This document shows positions 38,828 through 48,072 of a stretch of DNA of 64,000 bases, piece by piece. Positions within the stretch are counted from its first letter, which is position 1; every line of letters begins with the position of its first letter. This DNA comes from an uncultured Armatimonadetes bacterium. Its GTDB lineage: Bacteria; Armatimonadota; UBA5829; DTJY01. The stretch lies in the NCBI GenBank assembly GCA_963717145.1, contig OY970325.1, positions 2,144,001-2,208,000 on the forward strand, given 5' to 3'. The notes under the pieces are model-generated. The model did no database searches. It saw only the letters and a list, made by a program, of their open reading frames with translations, and was not told where the DNA came from. Both the position numbers and the translations under genes were made by a program.

Positions 38828-39007
38828 TCAACTTCCGGGTGGACGCATTTTATACAGTAACACAGATGATAGAACTAAGCCCGCCAATGCTGCTACCAGG
38901 ATCCTTAGCCATGGGTTGGCAATCTCCCCGCTGAGGCTGAAAAGTAAGGCAAACAGGATAGCGCCTGCAATAAGAACTATTCTGTGCTTTGTGCGCGGCT
39001 GATCCAT
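38828..39007 (-). CDS. Small hypothetical membrane protein (2 TM, 59 aa)
   Basis: MDQPRTKHRIVLIAGAILFALLF...; AGGAGTGGAG RBS. Confidence 0.55.
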   Translation of the reverse strand: MDQPRTKHRIVLIAGAILFALLFSLSGEIANPWLRILVAALAGLVLSSVLLYKMRPPGS

Positions 39008-39090
39008 CTTCTCCACTCCTTTGTTTGATACTAGTAGGAAGCAGGCATCACAGCCCGCGTCCCAGCACGCTTGCTGCGCTGGCTCTTTGA

Positions 39091-39525
39091 TCAACCAGCC
39101 AATGGCGGGAAGGGGTCGGATGGCTTGGCCCGATATCGCTTCTCCACCCAGAGCGCGACCAATCCCACGCCGAAGCCCCCCAATGCGAAGCACAACACAC
39201 TGAGCAGCGCACTTCTGTCGAAGTTGCGCCCTAGATCCTGGAAAAGACCCGGTGTCATTGGGATCAGGATCTCTTCCACGACCGTCGACAAGGGGAAGCC
39301 GATGAGAAGAACCCAATACCACCACTTCCGGTCGCGAGAGAAGATAAGCAGCGCCAGGCTAATACAAAACCCCATTGCCGCGAGGTTGACGCTCTGCAGA
39401 TTCACCCAGTGCAGGCGAGTACTCGCCTCAAAGCCAGAGGTCACCTGCCACAGCACTAGGAATGAAAGAGCCAGCGCTGCGGTCCCAACGGTGGACCAGA
39501 AGAGTTTTCTCGATGTGCAGACCAT
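39091..39525 (-). CDS. Small hypothetical membrane protein (4 TM)
   Basis: TAAGGAGG RBS; hydrophobic segments. Confidence 0.65.
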   Translation of the reverse strand: MVCTSRKLFWSTVGTAALALSFLVLWQVTSGFEASTRLHWVNLQSVNLAAMGFCISLALLIFSRDRKWWYWVLLIGFPLSTVVEEILIPMTPGLFQDLGRNFDRSALLSVLCFALGGFGVGLVALWVEKRYRAKPSDPFPPLAG

Positions 39526-39615
39526 AGTAAGGCCTCCTTAACTGCATCTGTGTGTGACGGTTCTGATGCCGCCCATTCCAACTCGACACATGCGGCGGCT
39601 GTTTAAGCATGAGGA

Positions 39616-40029
39616 CTACCTCGTATCGACCTGACACATGCCTTGGCGGGTCACCCAATCGCCAAGCATCGCAGACACCAGCTCCAATCCAATAACAAGC
39701 AGTCCCTCCATCGTCGGCGCGACCATCCGGAAGGAGTCGTTGCTTACCCACCACATGCCAATCTCCTGATCTGCAAAGCTCAGAATGACTATCAGGGCCA
39801 ATCCGGTCACGGCAGCAGCCACCACCGGCTTCGCTCCGAGCCTCGATACTGCGTAGCCTGCCCCGAAGAACAGACCCATGCGCAGGACTACGAACAGCCA
39901 GTGCTGCACAGTGAAGTTGCTGAACCCGGATAGGCCGCTCGCGAGAAACAGCAACCCAGGCCCGATGAGCGCGTATACCAGAACACTCATCAGCACGACC
40001 GCAGATACGGCTAACAGACTTCGTCTCAT
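39616..40029 (-). CDS. Small hypothetical membrane protein (4 TM)
   Basis: ATGA overlap with the ECF-TPR gene; hydrophobic segments. Confidence 0.65.
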   Translation of the reverse strand: MRRSLLAVSAVVLMSVLVYALIGPGLLFLASGLSGFSNFTVQHWLFVVLRMGLFFGAGYAVSRLGAKPVVAAAVTGLALIVILSFADQEIGMWWVSNDSFRMVAPTMEGLLVIGLELVSAMLGDWVTRQGMCQVDTR

Positions 40030-41849
40030 GTGTCTATCCTCAAATCCTCGAGCGCCTTGTTCGCCTCATCGTTCTCGGGATCAAGCTTCAGGGCCACCTC
40101 GATGTCCTTTCGGGCTTCGTCATCCCGGCCGAGCGCCCGAAGTATCTTCGCGCGCAGAACCCACGGGTCGCACTCCTCGGGCTCCAACTCGATCGCGATG
40201 GTGGCCTCGCTGAGCGCTTCATCGAGTTCGCCTGTCCGCAGAAGCACCTGTGCCAGTTTGCCGTGAAAGCAGATGTGGGTCGGCCCAAACTCCATGCCTT
40301 CACGGCAGATCCGCATAATGCGCTCCGGATCCCCTTCCTTTTTGAGCAGAGCCGATGACAGATTGCACCTCGCATGGATATGGTCGAATTGCAGCTCGAT
40401 CGCCAACTCCGCCTCCCTGATCGTGTCGTCGATCCTGCCATCCCCCAACGCCGCCGACGCCAGGTTCGAATGGATCAGCGCCTTCTCCCAGTCAGTTGCG
40501 GCGAGAACGAGCCCCTCATTCAATATCTCGACCGCCTCGTCATACCGCTTGAGACTCAGATAGATACAGCCCAGCAGGTTCAGTTTCCAGTGGGTCTTCC
40601 CAATGGCGATCGAGCGCTTCAGGTAATCGACCGCTTTCTCCGATCGCCCGGCAGAGTAGTGGACGTAGCCGGACTGATTGAGTATGTGCGCATCATCCTG
40701 TGAAGCCTCGGCCGCAGTACTGGCCGCATCAGCAGCCTCGTCCGGCATATTCTGCCTGAGGTAAGCCGTCGCCAGGGAGATCCTGGCCTTCGCGAGATCG
40801 GGGTTCAGACCGATCGCCTGTTGGAAGTGTGCGGCCGCATCTCGCCAACTCGGCTCGATGACCGGCAGGACCTTCAAGTTGCTCGCAGGCCCGAGCCTGA
40901 GCGCTTCCTGTATCTCCGCCTGGCGGGAGTACGCCCTTCCGGCGGCGTAATGAGCATCGGGGCTTGATGGCTCTAGCTCCACAGCCAATCGGGAGTGCGC
41001 GAGGCCCTCATCCAGATCGCCGATATCGAGGTAGAGCAGCCCGAGCTTTGCGTGGAGGTCACCGTCTCGCACCTGCGCCGCCGCCTGCTCCAGGGTCTCG
41101 ACCGCCCTGTCGGGTTTGCTCATCTTCACATACTGCTGAGCGGAGTCGAGATACGCATCCAGGAAAGTCGGAGCAGCCAACTGAGCCTTGCCCCATTCCT
41201 GCAAGGCGGCTTGTATCAAGCCTTTCCTCAGATACAGGGACCCGAGCCTGTGGTATATCTGCGCGGCCGCCTTGTCGGGCACGGGCAGGGAACCGAGAGG
41301 TACGTGCTCCACGGGCTCTCCCTGAATTGCGTGGCGGAGGTTCGCAAACGCGACCGCCGAATGAAGCTTTGCGAGCGCGGTCCGGAGCCTCTGTCGGACA
41401 GTCTCGACAGGCGCGTCGGTCACCTCGGCGATCTCCGGGAGTGTCAACTGGTCCGAGAACCTCAGTGTCAACACAACCAGTTGGTCCGGGGAGAGTGCGC
41501 GCAGAGCTTCCCGGAGGGTCTGCACCTGCTCCTCGTGCGCCAGGTAGTCGACCAGATCCTGCATCGGCGGGGAGCAGAGCATTACATCAACATCGGGCGA
41601 CTCCCGCTCGCTGCGCCTGGCCCGGCTTCGAGCGGCGTCTATGCAGACATTCGTCGCAATCCGATGCAGCCAGGTGTTGATGCTCGACTCGCCGCGAAAC
41701 CGGCTGAACGCGCCGTACGCACGAACGAACACCTCCTGAGTCAGGTCCAGAACATCCTCCGGGTTGTCCGCGTGGCGCGCTATGAGGCGCTGCACCTGCT
41801 TCAGATGCGCCTGGAACACCTCTTCGAAGCTGTTGCTCTCTGATCCCAT
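40026..41849 (-). CDS. ECF sigma factor fused to a long TPR array
   Basis: DLTQEVFVRAY..FRGESS..TWLHRIATNVCID (region 2), EIAEVTDAPVETVRQRL (region 4), then about 10 TPR motifs. Confidence 0.88.
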   Translation of the reverse strand: MGSESNSFEEVFQAHLKQVQRLIARHADNPEDVLDLTQEVFVRAYGAFSRFRGESSINTWLHRIATNVCIDAARSRARRSERESPDVDVMLCSPPMQDLVDYLAHEEQVQTLREALRALSPDQLVVLTLRFSDQLTLPEIAEVTDAPVETVRQRLRTALAKLHSAVAFANLRHAIQGEPVEHVPLGSLPVPDKAAAQIYHRLGSLYLRKGLIQAALQEWGKAQLAAPTFLDAYLDSAQQYVKMSKPDRAVETLEQAAAQVRDGDLHAKLGLLYLDIGDLDEGLAHSRLAVELEPSSPDAHYAAGRAYSRQAEIQEALRLGPASNLKVLPVIEPSWRDAAAHFQQAIGLNPDLAKARISLATAYLRQNMPDEAADAASTAAEASQDDAHILNQSGYVHYSAGRSEKAVDYLKRSIAIGKTHWKLNLLGCIYLSLKRYDEAVEILNEGLVLAATDWEKALIHSNLASAALGDGRIDDTIREAELAIELQFDHIHARCNLSSALLKKEGDPERIMRICREGMEFGPTHICFHGKLAQVLLRTGELDEALSEATIAIELEPEECDPWVLRAKILRALGRDDEARKDIEVALKLDPENDEANKALEDLRIDT

Positions 41850-42002
41850 CTTCCGCAGCCCCTTGCCGTCATCGTGCTTCCCGTTCCGCTAGGTTAGACG
41901 GCAGAGTGATTCTGAATGGGTGTAGGATTCTCCGGGGAAAGAGCTGCGACGGGATGGCAAGAGGGCCGCCCGAGTCGTGACGGCCCCTGTGACTTGGTCG
42001 CC

Positions 42003-43787
42003 CTATTTCGCGGTCGCCGGCGAGAGTTCGATCTTGTCGGCGGCGAGTTCGGCTGCTCTTTCGGTGGCGAGGGTTCGGCGCGCTGTCTCATCGAAGGGCT
42101 GCAATCGACCGCTCAGAGCCACATTCCGATGTGTGCCGTCCGGGAGCACGAGCGTGAACTTCAAGTTCGTCTCTGGATCGCCTGTTATCTCGAGCAGGAT
42201 CGTGCTCTTCAGCAGTCCCTCCTGCGTCTCCTTGATGCCCATGACTCCCGCCCAGTCTGCGAGCCGGCTGAACTGGTCCGCATCGAGCTTCGAGACAGGC
42301 AGGCCTTTCGGAGTCCGTGCTTCATCCTCCAGGATAGAGCCCAGCATCCGCACGAGCCTCGCCGTCCGCGGGAACAAACGGGCCTGCTGTGCCTGGGGGA
42401 TGAACCGGAACCCTCCCCAGAAGGTCTGCTGGTCCGGCAGGCACGCGATGTCGAGAAGGTCATCAAGCGTCAGCGCCCCGTTATCCGTGATGTGCTGCCA
42501 CAGAGACTCCTGGAACTTGGATGGCGGCTCATCCTGCAGCGGCTGGAGATACCACTTGTTGCACCTGAAGCGTAGGGTGCCCTTCTCCACCTGACAGGTG
42601 TAGCCCATCTTCAAGCAGAATTCCGGCACGAGCTTGTCGAGCCGTTCGTCTGTGCAGGCGGCCACCTCGGCCTCCTGGAAGTAGTAGTCGGCGACGACGT
42701 TGAGCTTCGCCTGCTCCGCTATCGCCGCGAGCGCGTCCTGGAGGAGGATCGCGCCGTAGTGGAGCACCTCGTGCTTCTTCTCGATGGTGATCTTGGCGTC
42801 CGGCACTGGATCGCCGATGACCTGTCCCGGAGGCGCCTCGGGCATGGTGAGCAGATCAGGCTCTCCTTCATCCCATGCCGGCCATCCGCACATCGCCCTC
42901 ATACCGCCGGTGCCGTCTTCTCTGGGGGGCACTGCCACCACGAGCATCACGTGCGGCGGAGTGAAGAGGGACATCCGCCACCGCTTTAGCTGCACGATCC
43001 CTGACTGCATCTGCTCGGCTGTCAACGGAGTGAACGTCGGGTCGCGATCGATATACTCGCAGTTGATGGCCTTGATGACGCCCGACCGCATCTCGGCGGA
43101 CATATCCTTGAAGTCCTGTGTCATCCCGGCATCGTTCAGGAAACCGCGGATTGTATCTCTGTCCATGAGCTTGATAAACTTCAGAAGCTCTGTCTTCCCG
43201 GGGCTCGCGCCCGTTCTGTAGAGTCGCTCATTGCTCTTACTCAGTCGTTCGAGCCCGGCATCGCTCTTGAGCGCCTCGGAGGCCTGGTCGATGCAGTCGA
43301 GAAGCGCTTCGACCTGCGCTGACTCCCTGGCATCCCGCACCTGATCCCTTCGCTTGGCGTGGACACGGTCCTCGAATAGCTCGTAAGTCCAAGCGTCCTT
43401 CCGCCCCTTGGTGAGCCAGTAATAGCCGAAGAGGCCCGATATCTCGACCATCACGTCGCGCAGGGGCTTGTCGTGGAAGAAGACGATCGGCCGCTCGCCG
43501 GAGAGCTCCTTCGCGACGACGACGCTCACTCCGGTCTGCTTGCGCACCTCGGCGAAGAGGTCCTTCATGTTCCTGCTCTTGACGGAGATGGTGACCTTCT
43601 TGTCCAGGCGCTTGTCCGAGAGGATTTCCGCCGGGATCTTCGGCTTCTTCTCATCGAACGGCGAGTAGATCTTAGGACTCGTCGACGCCGCTGCCTCATC
43701 CGCCGAGAGACACGCAATTGAGGTCACGAGAAACAGGCACAATGCGGCGGCGATGTACAGAGGGCTCGATGGTCCGCGAAAAGACAT
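42003..43787 (-). CDS. Exported hypothetical protein with STN/secretin-N-like domains
   Basis: Signal peptide; DKRLDKKVTI...DLFAEVRKQTGV...DKPLRDVM; second copy LQDALAAIAEQAKLNVVAD. Confidence 0.65.
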   Translation of the reverse strand: MSFRGPSSPLYIAAALCLFLVTSIACLSADEAAASTSPKIYSPFDEKKPKIPAEILSDKRLDKKVTISVKSRNMKDLFAEVRKQTGVSVVVAKELSGERPIVFFHDKPLRDVMVEISGLFGYYWLTKGRKDAWTYELFEDRVHAKRRDQVRDARESAQVEALLDCIDQASEALKSDAGLERLSKSNERLYRTGASPGKTELLKFIKLMDRDTIRGFLNDAGMTQDFKDMSAEMRSGVIKAINCEYIDRDPTFTPLTAEQMQSGIVQLKRWRMSLFTPPHVMLVVAVPPREDGTGGMRAMCGWPAWDEGEPDLLTMPEAPPGQVIGDPVPDAKITIEKKHEVLHYGAILLQDALAAIAEQAKLNVVADYYFQEAEVAACTDERLDKLVPEFCLKMGYTCQVEKGTLRFRCNKWYLQPLQDEPPSKFQESLWQHITDNGALTLDDLLDIACLPDQQTFWGGFRFIPQAQQARLFPRTARLVRMLGSILEDEARTPKGLPVSKLDADQFSRLADWAGVMGIKETQEGLLKSTILLEITGDPETNLKFTLVLPDGTHRNVALSGRLQPFDETARRTLATERAAELAADKIELSPATAK

Positions 43788-43919
43788 GGATGGTTACCCC
43801 TTTCCTACCCGACATCAAGGCTGACTTCGAGTGAACGCATGCTTACCCGCCCATTATACACCGATCGGCGCAAATGCGACATGCCCGTGCAGTCGTCTCT
43901 TGCGGGCGCATTCGAGTTC

Positions 43920-44052
43920 AGTGGGTCAGCCTCTCGTTATGCCACCAGAGTGGCTACTCGAGGAGAACGGTTGTGGGCCATGGACTCACGGCAGCCCACA
44001 ACCGTTCTCCTCGAGTAGCCACTCTGGTGGCATAACGAGAGGCTGACCCACT
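43920..44052. repeat. Perfect long palindrome (59-bp arms, 15-nt loop)
   Basis: AGTGGGTCAGCC...GTTGTGGGC and its exact reverse complement at 43994-44052. Confidence 0.95.
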
Positions 44053-44083
44053 CTGCGGAAATGCACCCTTTCTTGCGCATGCG

Positions 44084-44112
44084 TTGACATCAGGCGCTCG
44101 GTGTGGTACCAT
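44084..44112 (+). promoter_or_regulatory. Sigma70 promoter of tyrS
   Basis: TTGACA-N17-TACCAT with extended -10 TG. Confidence 0.7.
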
Positions 44113-44163
44113 TCCTTCCGGTCTTCCCAGGTTATCTCAGCTTTCTCAAGGATGTGCAATCCA

Positions 44164-45396
44164 TTGGCTTCTCAACTATCGATCGAACAACAGATTGAGC
44201 TTATCAGGCGCGGGACTCTCGAGATCGTGCCCGAGGATGAACTTCGCGCGAAACTGAAGAAATCGCAGGCGTCGGGCAAGCCCCTCAAGCTCAAGCTCGG
44301 CCTCGATCCCACAGCGCCGGACATCCATATCGGCCACTCGGTCGTCCTTCGCAAGATGCGGCAGTTCCAGGACCTCGGACATGAAGTGACGGTCATCATC
44401 GGCGACTTCACGGCGCTGATCGGCGATCCATCGGGCCGCTCGGCAACTCGACCCGTCCTGACGCAGGAGGAGATCGCCGTCAACGCGAAGACCTACGCCG
44501 AGCAGTACTGCATGATCCTCGACCCCGAGAAGACGACCGTGCGGTTCAACAGCGAGTGGCTCGGTCCGCTCACCTTCGCCGACGTCATACGGATAAGCTC
44601 GAAGGTCACGGTCGCCCGCATGCTCGAGCGCGATGACTTCGAGACGCGCCTGGCGGAGGGACGACCGATCGGCGTTCACGAGTTGCTCTACCCGGTCGCG
44701 CAGGCGTATGACTCGGTTGCGCTCGAAGCCGACGTGGAGCTTGGCGGGCTCGATCAGAAGTTCAACATCCTTCAGGGACGCGATCTCCAGCGCGAGTTCG
44801 GACAGGAGCCGCAGGTCGCAATCTTCATGCCGATACTCGTGGGCCTCGACGGCGTGCAGAAGATGAGCAAGTCGCTCGGGAACTACGTAGGCGTCACCGA
44901 GCCGCCGAACGAGATGTTCGGGAAGCTGATGTCGATCCCCGACGCGGTAATGATCGACTACTTCACGCTGGTGACCGACGTGCCGATGTCCGAGGTCAAA
45001 GAGATCGAGGAGGGACTGAAGGCCGGCACGCTTCATCCCATGGACGTGAAGAAGCGGCTGGGTCGCGAGATCGTGACGATCTACCACAACGCGGAGGCGG
45101 CGTCCCAGGCGCAGGCCGAGTTCGAGCACGTCTTCAGCGACCGGGAGATCCCGACGGACATCCCTGAGATCGATATCCCTGAGGACGCGATCAAGGACGG
45201 CAAGGTCTGGGTCGTCAAGCTGCTCAGCATCGCCGGATTCGCTCCGACCAACAGTGAGGCGAGGCGACTCGTCCAGCAGGGCGCGGTCACACTCGATGGC
45301 GAAAAGATCAGTGATGCGAGCGCGGAGCTAGCGCTAGAGGACGGCCAGATCCTCAAGGTCGGGAAGCTCAAGTTCGGGAAGATCGTCCTGCCATAA
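44164..45396 (+). CDS. tyrS: Tyrosine--tRNA ligase
   Basis: [28 protein letters not shown]-terminal S4 domain; start uncertain (TTG 44164 or ATG 44152). Confidence 0.97.
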   Translation: MASQLSIEQQIELIRRGTLEIVPEDELRAKLKKSQASGKPLKLKLGLDPTAPDIHIGHSVVLRKMRQFQDLGHEVTVIIGDFTALIGDPSGRSATRPVLTQEEIAVNAKTYAEQYCMILDPEKTTVRFNSEWLGPLTFADVIRISSKVTVARMLERDDFETRLAEGRPIGVHELLYPVAQAYDSVALEADVELGGLDQKFNILQGRDLQREFGQEPQVAIFMPILVGLDGVQKMSKSLGNYVGVTEPPNEMFGKLMSIPDAVMIDYFTLVTDVPMSEVKEIEEGLKAGTLHPMDVKKRLGREIVTIYHNAEAASQAQAEFEHVFSDREIPTDIPEIDIPEDAIKDGKVWVVKLLSIAGFAPTNSEARRLVQQGAVTLDGEKISDASAELALEDGQILKVGKLKFGKIVLP

Positions 45397-45413
45397 CCGA
45401 CTTTGGAGCAGTT

Positions 45414-45431
45414 TTGTGAATTCTTGCACTA
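45414..45431. promoter_or_regulatory. Putative Rex operator
   Basis: TTGTGAA-TTCT-TGCACTA versus TTGTGAA-N4-TTCACAA, just upstream of the -35. Confidence 0.5.
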
Positions 45432-45436
45432 AAGAC

Positions 45437-45466
45437 TTGACGCCTTGTTTGGTCTTCCGATATAAT
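45437..45466 (+). promoter_or_regulatory. Sigma70 promoter of the nuoH-N operon
   Basis: TTGACG-N18-TATAAT. Confidence 0.7.
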
Positions 45467-45592
45467 GCATAGGTCAGCTCCGCTTACGGCGGGGCTGAAA
45501 ATTCGTGAAGCGCGGTCGGAAGATCGATGCTTCGGCAGCGGCACGTCGTTCTGCTACCGAAGCATCGGCCTTTCGGCTTTGGACTTTCGACT

Positions 45593-46648
45593 ATGACTTG
45601 GACTTTGACCAGCATCATCGAGAAAGTGTTCGAGTGGCTGCACATACCGCAGAGCCTCGTGCCGTTTGCGGTGATGCTCGTCGCATCTCTCGTGATCCTC
45701 GGCTTCATCCTTTTCACCGTCCTGTACCTCATCTATGGCCTGCGAAAGATCATGGGCTGGATCCAATCGCGGATCGGGCCGAACCGCGTGGGGCCATATG
45801 GACTCGCGCAGACGATCGCCGACGCGCTCAAGCTTCTCACCAAGCAGGACATCATCCCGGCATGCGTCGACAAGTGGGTGTTCGTCATCGCTCCGATAGT
45901 CGTGTTCGTCCCTGCCTACATGGTCTACCTCGTGATCCCATTCGGCAAGGGGGACGGCTGGATCGCGCAGGATCTGAACATCGGAGTCCTTTACATCGCG
46001 GCGGTCACCACGATCCCGATCCTCGGCATCATCATGGCGGGCTGGGCGTCGAACAACAAGTGGTCGCTGCTGGGCGCATATCGTGCGGCCGCTCAGGCGG
46101 TCAGTTACGAGGTGCCGCTCGTGCTGGCGATGGTCCCGCCGGTGATGCTGGCAGGATCGCTCAGCATGCAGGGAATCGTCGGCGCGCAGGCGGGGACGTT
46201 TTTCCACGTGATACCGAAGTGGTTCATCGTGAGCCAGATCGTCGGGTTCGCGGTATATATGGCGGCGGCATTGGCAGAGGCGAACCTCGTCCCGTTCGAT
46301 ATCATGGAAGCCGAGTCGGAACTCGTCGCGGGGTTCAACACTGAGTACAGCGGCATGAAGTTCGCGTTCTTCTTCCTGGCGGAGTTCGCCGGGACGTTCA
46401 CGATCGCGGCAATCGCGACAACGCTCTTCCTCGGCGGTTGGCTTCCGATCCATCCGGCGCTGTCGTTCATCCCGCCGGTGCTGTGGTTCTTCGGTAAGGC
46501 GGCGTTCCTCGTGTTCGTCCTGATGTGGATTCGATCGACACTGCCAAGAGTGCGCGTCGATCAGATGATGAGTTTCGGCTGGAAGGTGCTGATTCCAATC
46601 GCGCTGCTGAACATAGTCTGGACCGGCGCGGTTGTCTTGCTTTCCTAA
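45593..46648 (+). CDS. nuoH: NADH-quinone oxidoreductase subunit H
   Basis: RIGPNRVGPYG, ASNNKWSLLGA, SYEVP, PFDIMEAESELVAGFNTEYSG; start approximate. Confidence 0.95.
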   Translation: MTWTLTSIIEKVFEWLHIPQSLVPFAVMLVASLVILGFILFTVLYLIYGLRKIMGWIQSRIGPNRVGPYGLAQTIADALKLLTKQDIIPACVDKWVFVIAPIVVFVPAYMVYLVIPFGKGDGWIAQDLNIGVLYIAAVTTIPILGIIMAGWASNNKWSLLGAYRAAAQAVSYEVPLVLAMVPPVMLAGSLSMQGIVGAQAGTFFHVIPKWFIVSQIVGFAVYMAAALAEANLVPFDIMEAESELVAGFNTEYSGMKFAFFFLAEFAGTFTIAAIATTLFLGGWLPIHPALSFIPPVLWFFGKAAFLVFVLMWIRSTLPRVRVDQMMSFGWKVLIPIALLNIVWTGAVVLLS

Positions 46649-46662
46649 CTTCGAGTGTGAGT

Positions 46663-47181
46663 ATGAGCAATCCGAAAACGATACCTGAATACGTCAAAGA
46701 GGGCTGGTACACGATCACCAGCATCTGGAAGGGACATGTCGTCACCCTCATCAACCTCTTCCGCAAGAAGGTCACGCTCCAGTATCCCGAGGTCAAGTGG
46801 GACCTCCCCGAGGGGTACCGCGGGCTGATCACACTGCCTTTGGACTGCAAGACCGGGCAGGACAAGTGCATCGGCTGCATGGCGTGCGTCAAGGCCTGCC
46901 CGACTCAGGTGATCGACATCGAGACCCATCAGGGCGAGGACAAGAAGCGGGTCGTGGACAAGTGGAACGCGGATATCGGCAAGTGCATGTTCTGTAAGCT
47001 CTGCGTGGAGGCCTGCCCGACCAAGGCAATCGTCATGGGCAAGGAATTCGAGCTGGCTTCCTTCTCGAAGGACGATCTGATCTACGACCGAAAGAAGCTG
47101 AACAAACTCGGCGGATGCTTCCCCGAAGAGCCCGAGACGCCCGAGGAAGAGCCGGTCGCAGCCACGAAGGAGGGCGAATAG
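46663..47181 (+). CDS. nuoI: NADH-quinone oxidoreductase subunit I
   Basis: TLQYPE, CIGCMACVKACP, CMFCKLCVEACP. Confidence 0.95.
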   Translation: MSNPKTIPEYVKEGWYTITSIWKGHVVTLINLFRKKVTLQYPEVKWDLPEGYRGLITLPLDCKTGQDKCIGCMACVKACPTQVIDIETHQGEDKKRVVDKWNADIGKCMFCKLCVEACPTKAIVMGKEFELASFSKDDLIYDRKKLNKLGGCFPEEPETPEEEPVAATKEGE

Positions 47182-47697
47182 ATGCCCCCGACCATCGAAC
47201 AGATCGGATTCGGCATAATGGCGCTGATCGTCATCGGATCGGCGCTCGCGGTGGTCACCCTGCGCAACATCTTCCACTCGGCGCTTTTTCTCGCGCTGGC
47301 GTTCCTGGGGATCGCGGGGATCTACCTGTTTCTTGCAGCCGATTTCATCGCAGTCGCGCAGGTGCTGATCTACGTGGGCGCGATCATGATACTCATCATG
47401 TTCGCCCTGATGCTGACTCACCGCGTGATGACGACCGACCTCCGTCAGACACTGGGAAACTGGTTCATGGGGCTGGCGGTCTCCTCATGGATCCTGGTCA
47501 TTCTGTTCCGGCTGTTCGTTTTGCATCCCTGGGGCATGCAGACGCTCCCCAGCAAGGCGCCGACGACCGCCATCATCGGCATGGAGCTTCTCACGAAGTA
47601 TGTGCTGCCATTCGAGCTTGCGTCCATCGTGCTCCTGGTGGCGATGGTAGGCGCGATCATCCTGGCAAAGGAGGACAAGCCCGATGATTCCGCTTGA
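47182..47697 (+). CDS. nuoJ: NADH-quinone oxidoreductase subunit J
   Basis: QVLIYVGAI, YVLPFELASIVLLVAMVGAI. Confidence 0.95.
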   Translation: MPPTIEQIGFGIMALIVIGSALAVVTLRNIFHSALFLALAFLGIAGIYLFLAADFIAVAQVLIYVGAIMILIMFALMLTHRVMTTDLRQTLGNWFMGLAVSSWILVILFRLFVLHPWGMQTLPSKAPTTAIIGMELLTKYVLPFELASIVLLVAMVGAIILAKEDKPDDSA

Positions 47698-47992
47698 ATG
47701 GTATCTCGGACTCAGCGCAGTCCTCTTCTGCATCGGGCTGTACGGCGTCCTGAGCCGGAGGAACGCGATCAGCATCCTGATGGGCATCGAATTGATGCTG
47801 AACGCCTCGAACATCAACCTCGTGGCGTTCGGGCGATTCCTCCAGCCACAGGTGCTCTCGGGGCACATTTTCACAGTTTTCGTCATCACGATAGCCGCCG
47901 CTGAAGCAGCGGTCGGCCTTGCGATCGTGATCTCGGTCTACCGAAACTCGTCGCAGATCAACGTCGACGAGGTCAATACGATGAAGTGGTAG
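47684..47992 (+). CDS. nuoK: NADH-quinone oxidoreductase subunit K
   Basis: RRNAI..LMGIELMLNA, AAAEAAVGLAI. Confidence 0.95.
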   Translation: MIPLEWYLGLSAVLFCIGLYGVLSRRNAISILMGIELMLNASNINLVAFGRFLQPQVLSGHIFTVFVITIAAAEAAVGLAIVISVYRNSSQINVDEVNTMKW

Positions 47993-48002
47993 CGGGGAAA
48001 AC

Positions 48003-48062
48003 AGGTGATCGGTGATCGGTCCTGGGTTTCACTGATAACTGACTACTGATAACTGATTACTG
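48003..48062. repeat. Heptamer repeats (GGTGATC / ACTGATA type)
   Basis: GGTGATC GGTGATC...ACTGATA ACTGACT ACTGATA ACTGATT; related repeats at 50191-50226. Confidence 0.7.
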
Positions 48063-48072
48063 GATTGAACGC

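Noticed and set aside
38345-40029. Integron cassette array
   Set aside because: No attC-like inverted cores between genes, some genes overlap, and no integrase is in the window
43920-44163. T-box riboswitch upstream of tyrS
   Set aside because: No T-box sequence or terminator; the hairpin is upstream of the promoter and the leader is only about 45 nt
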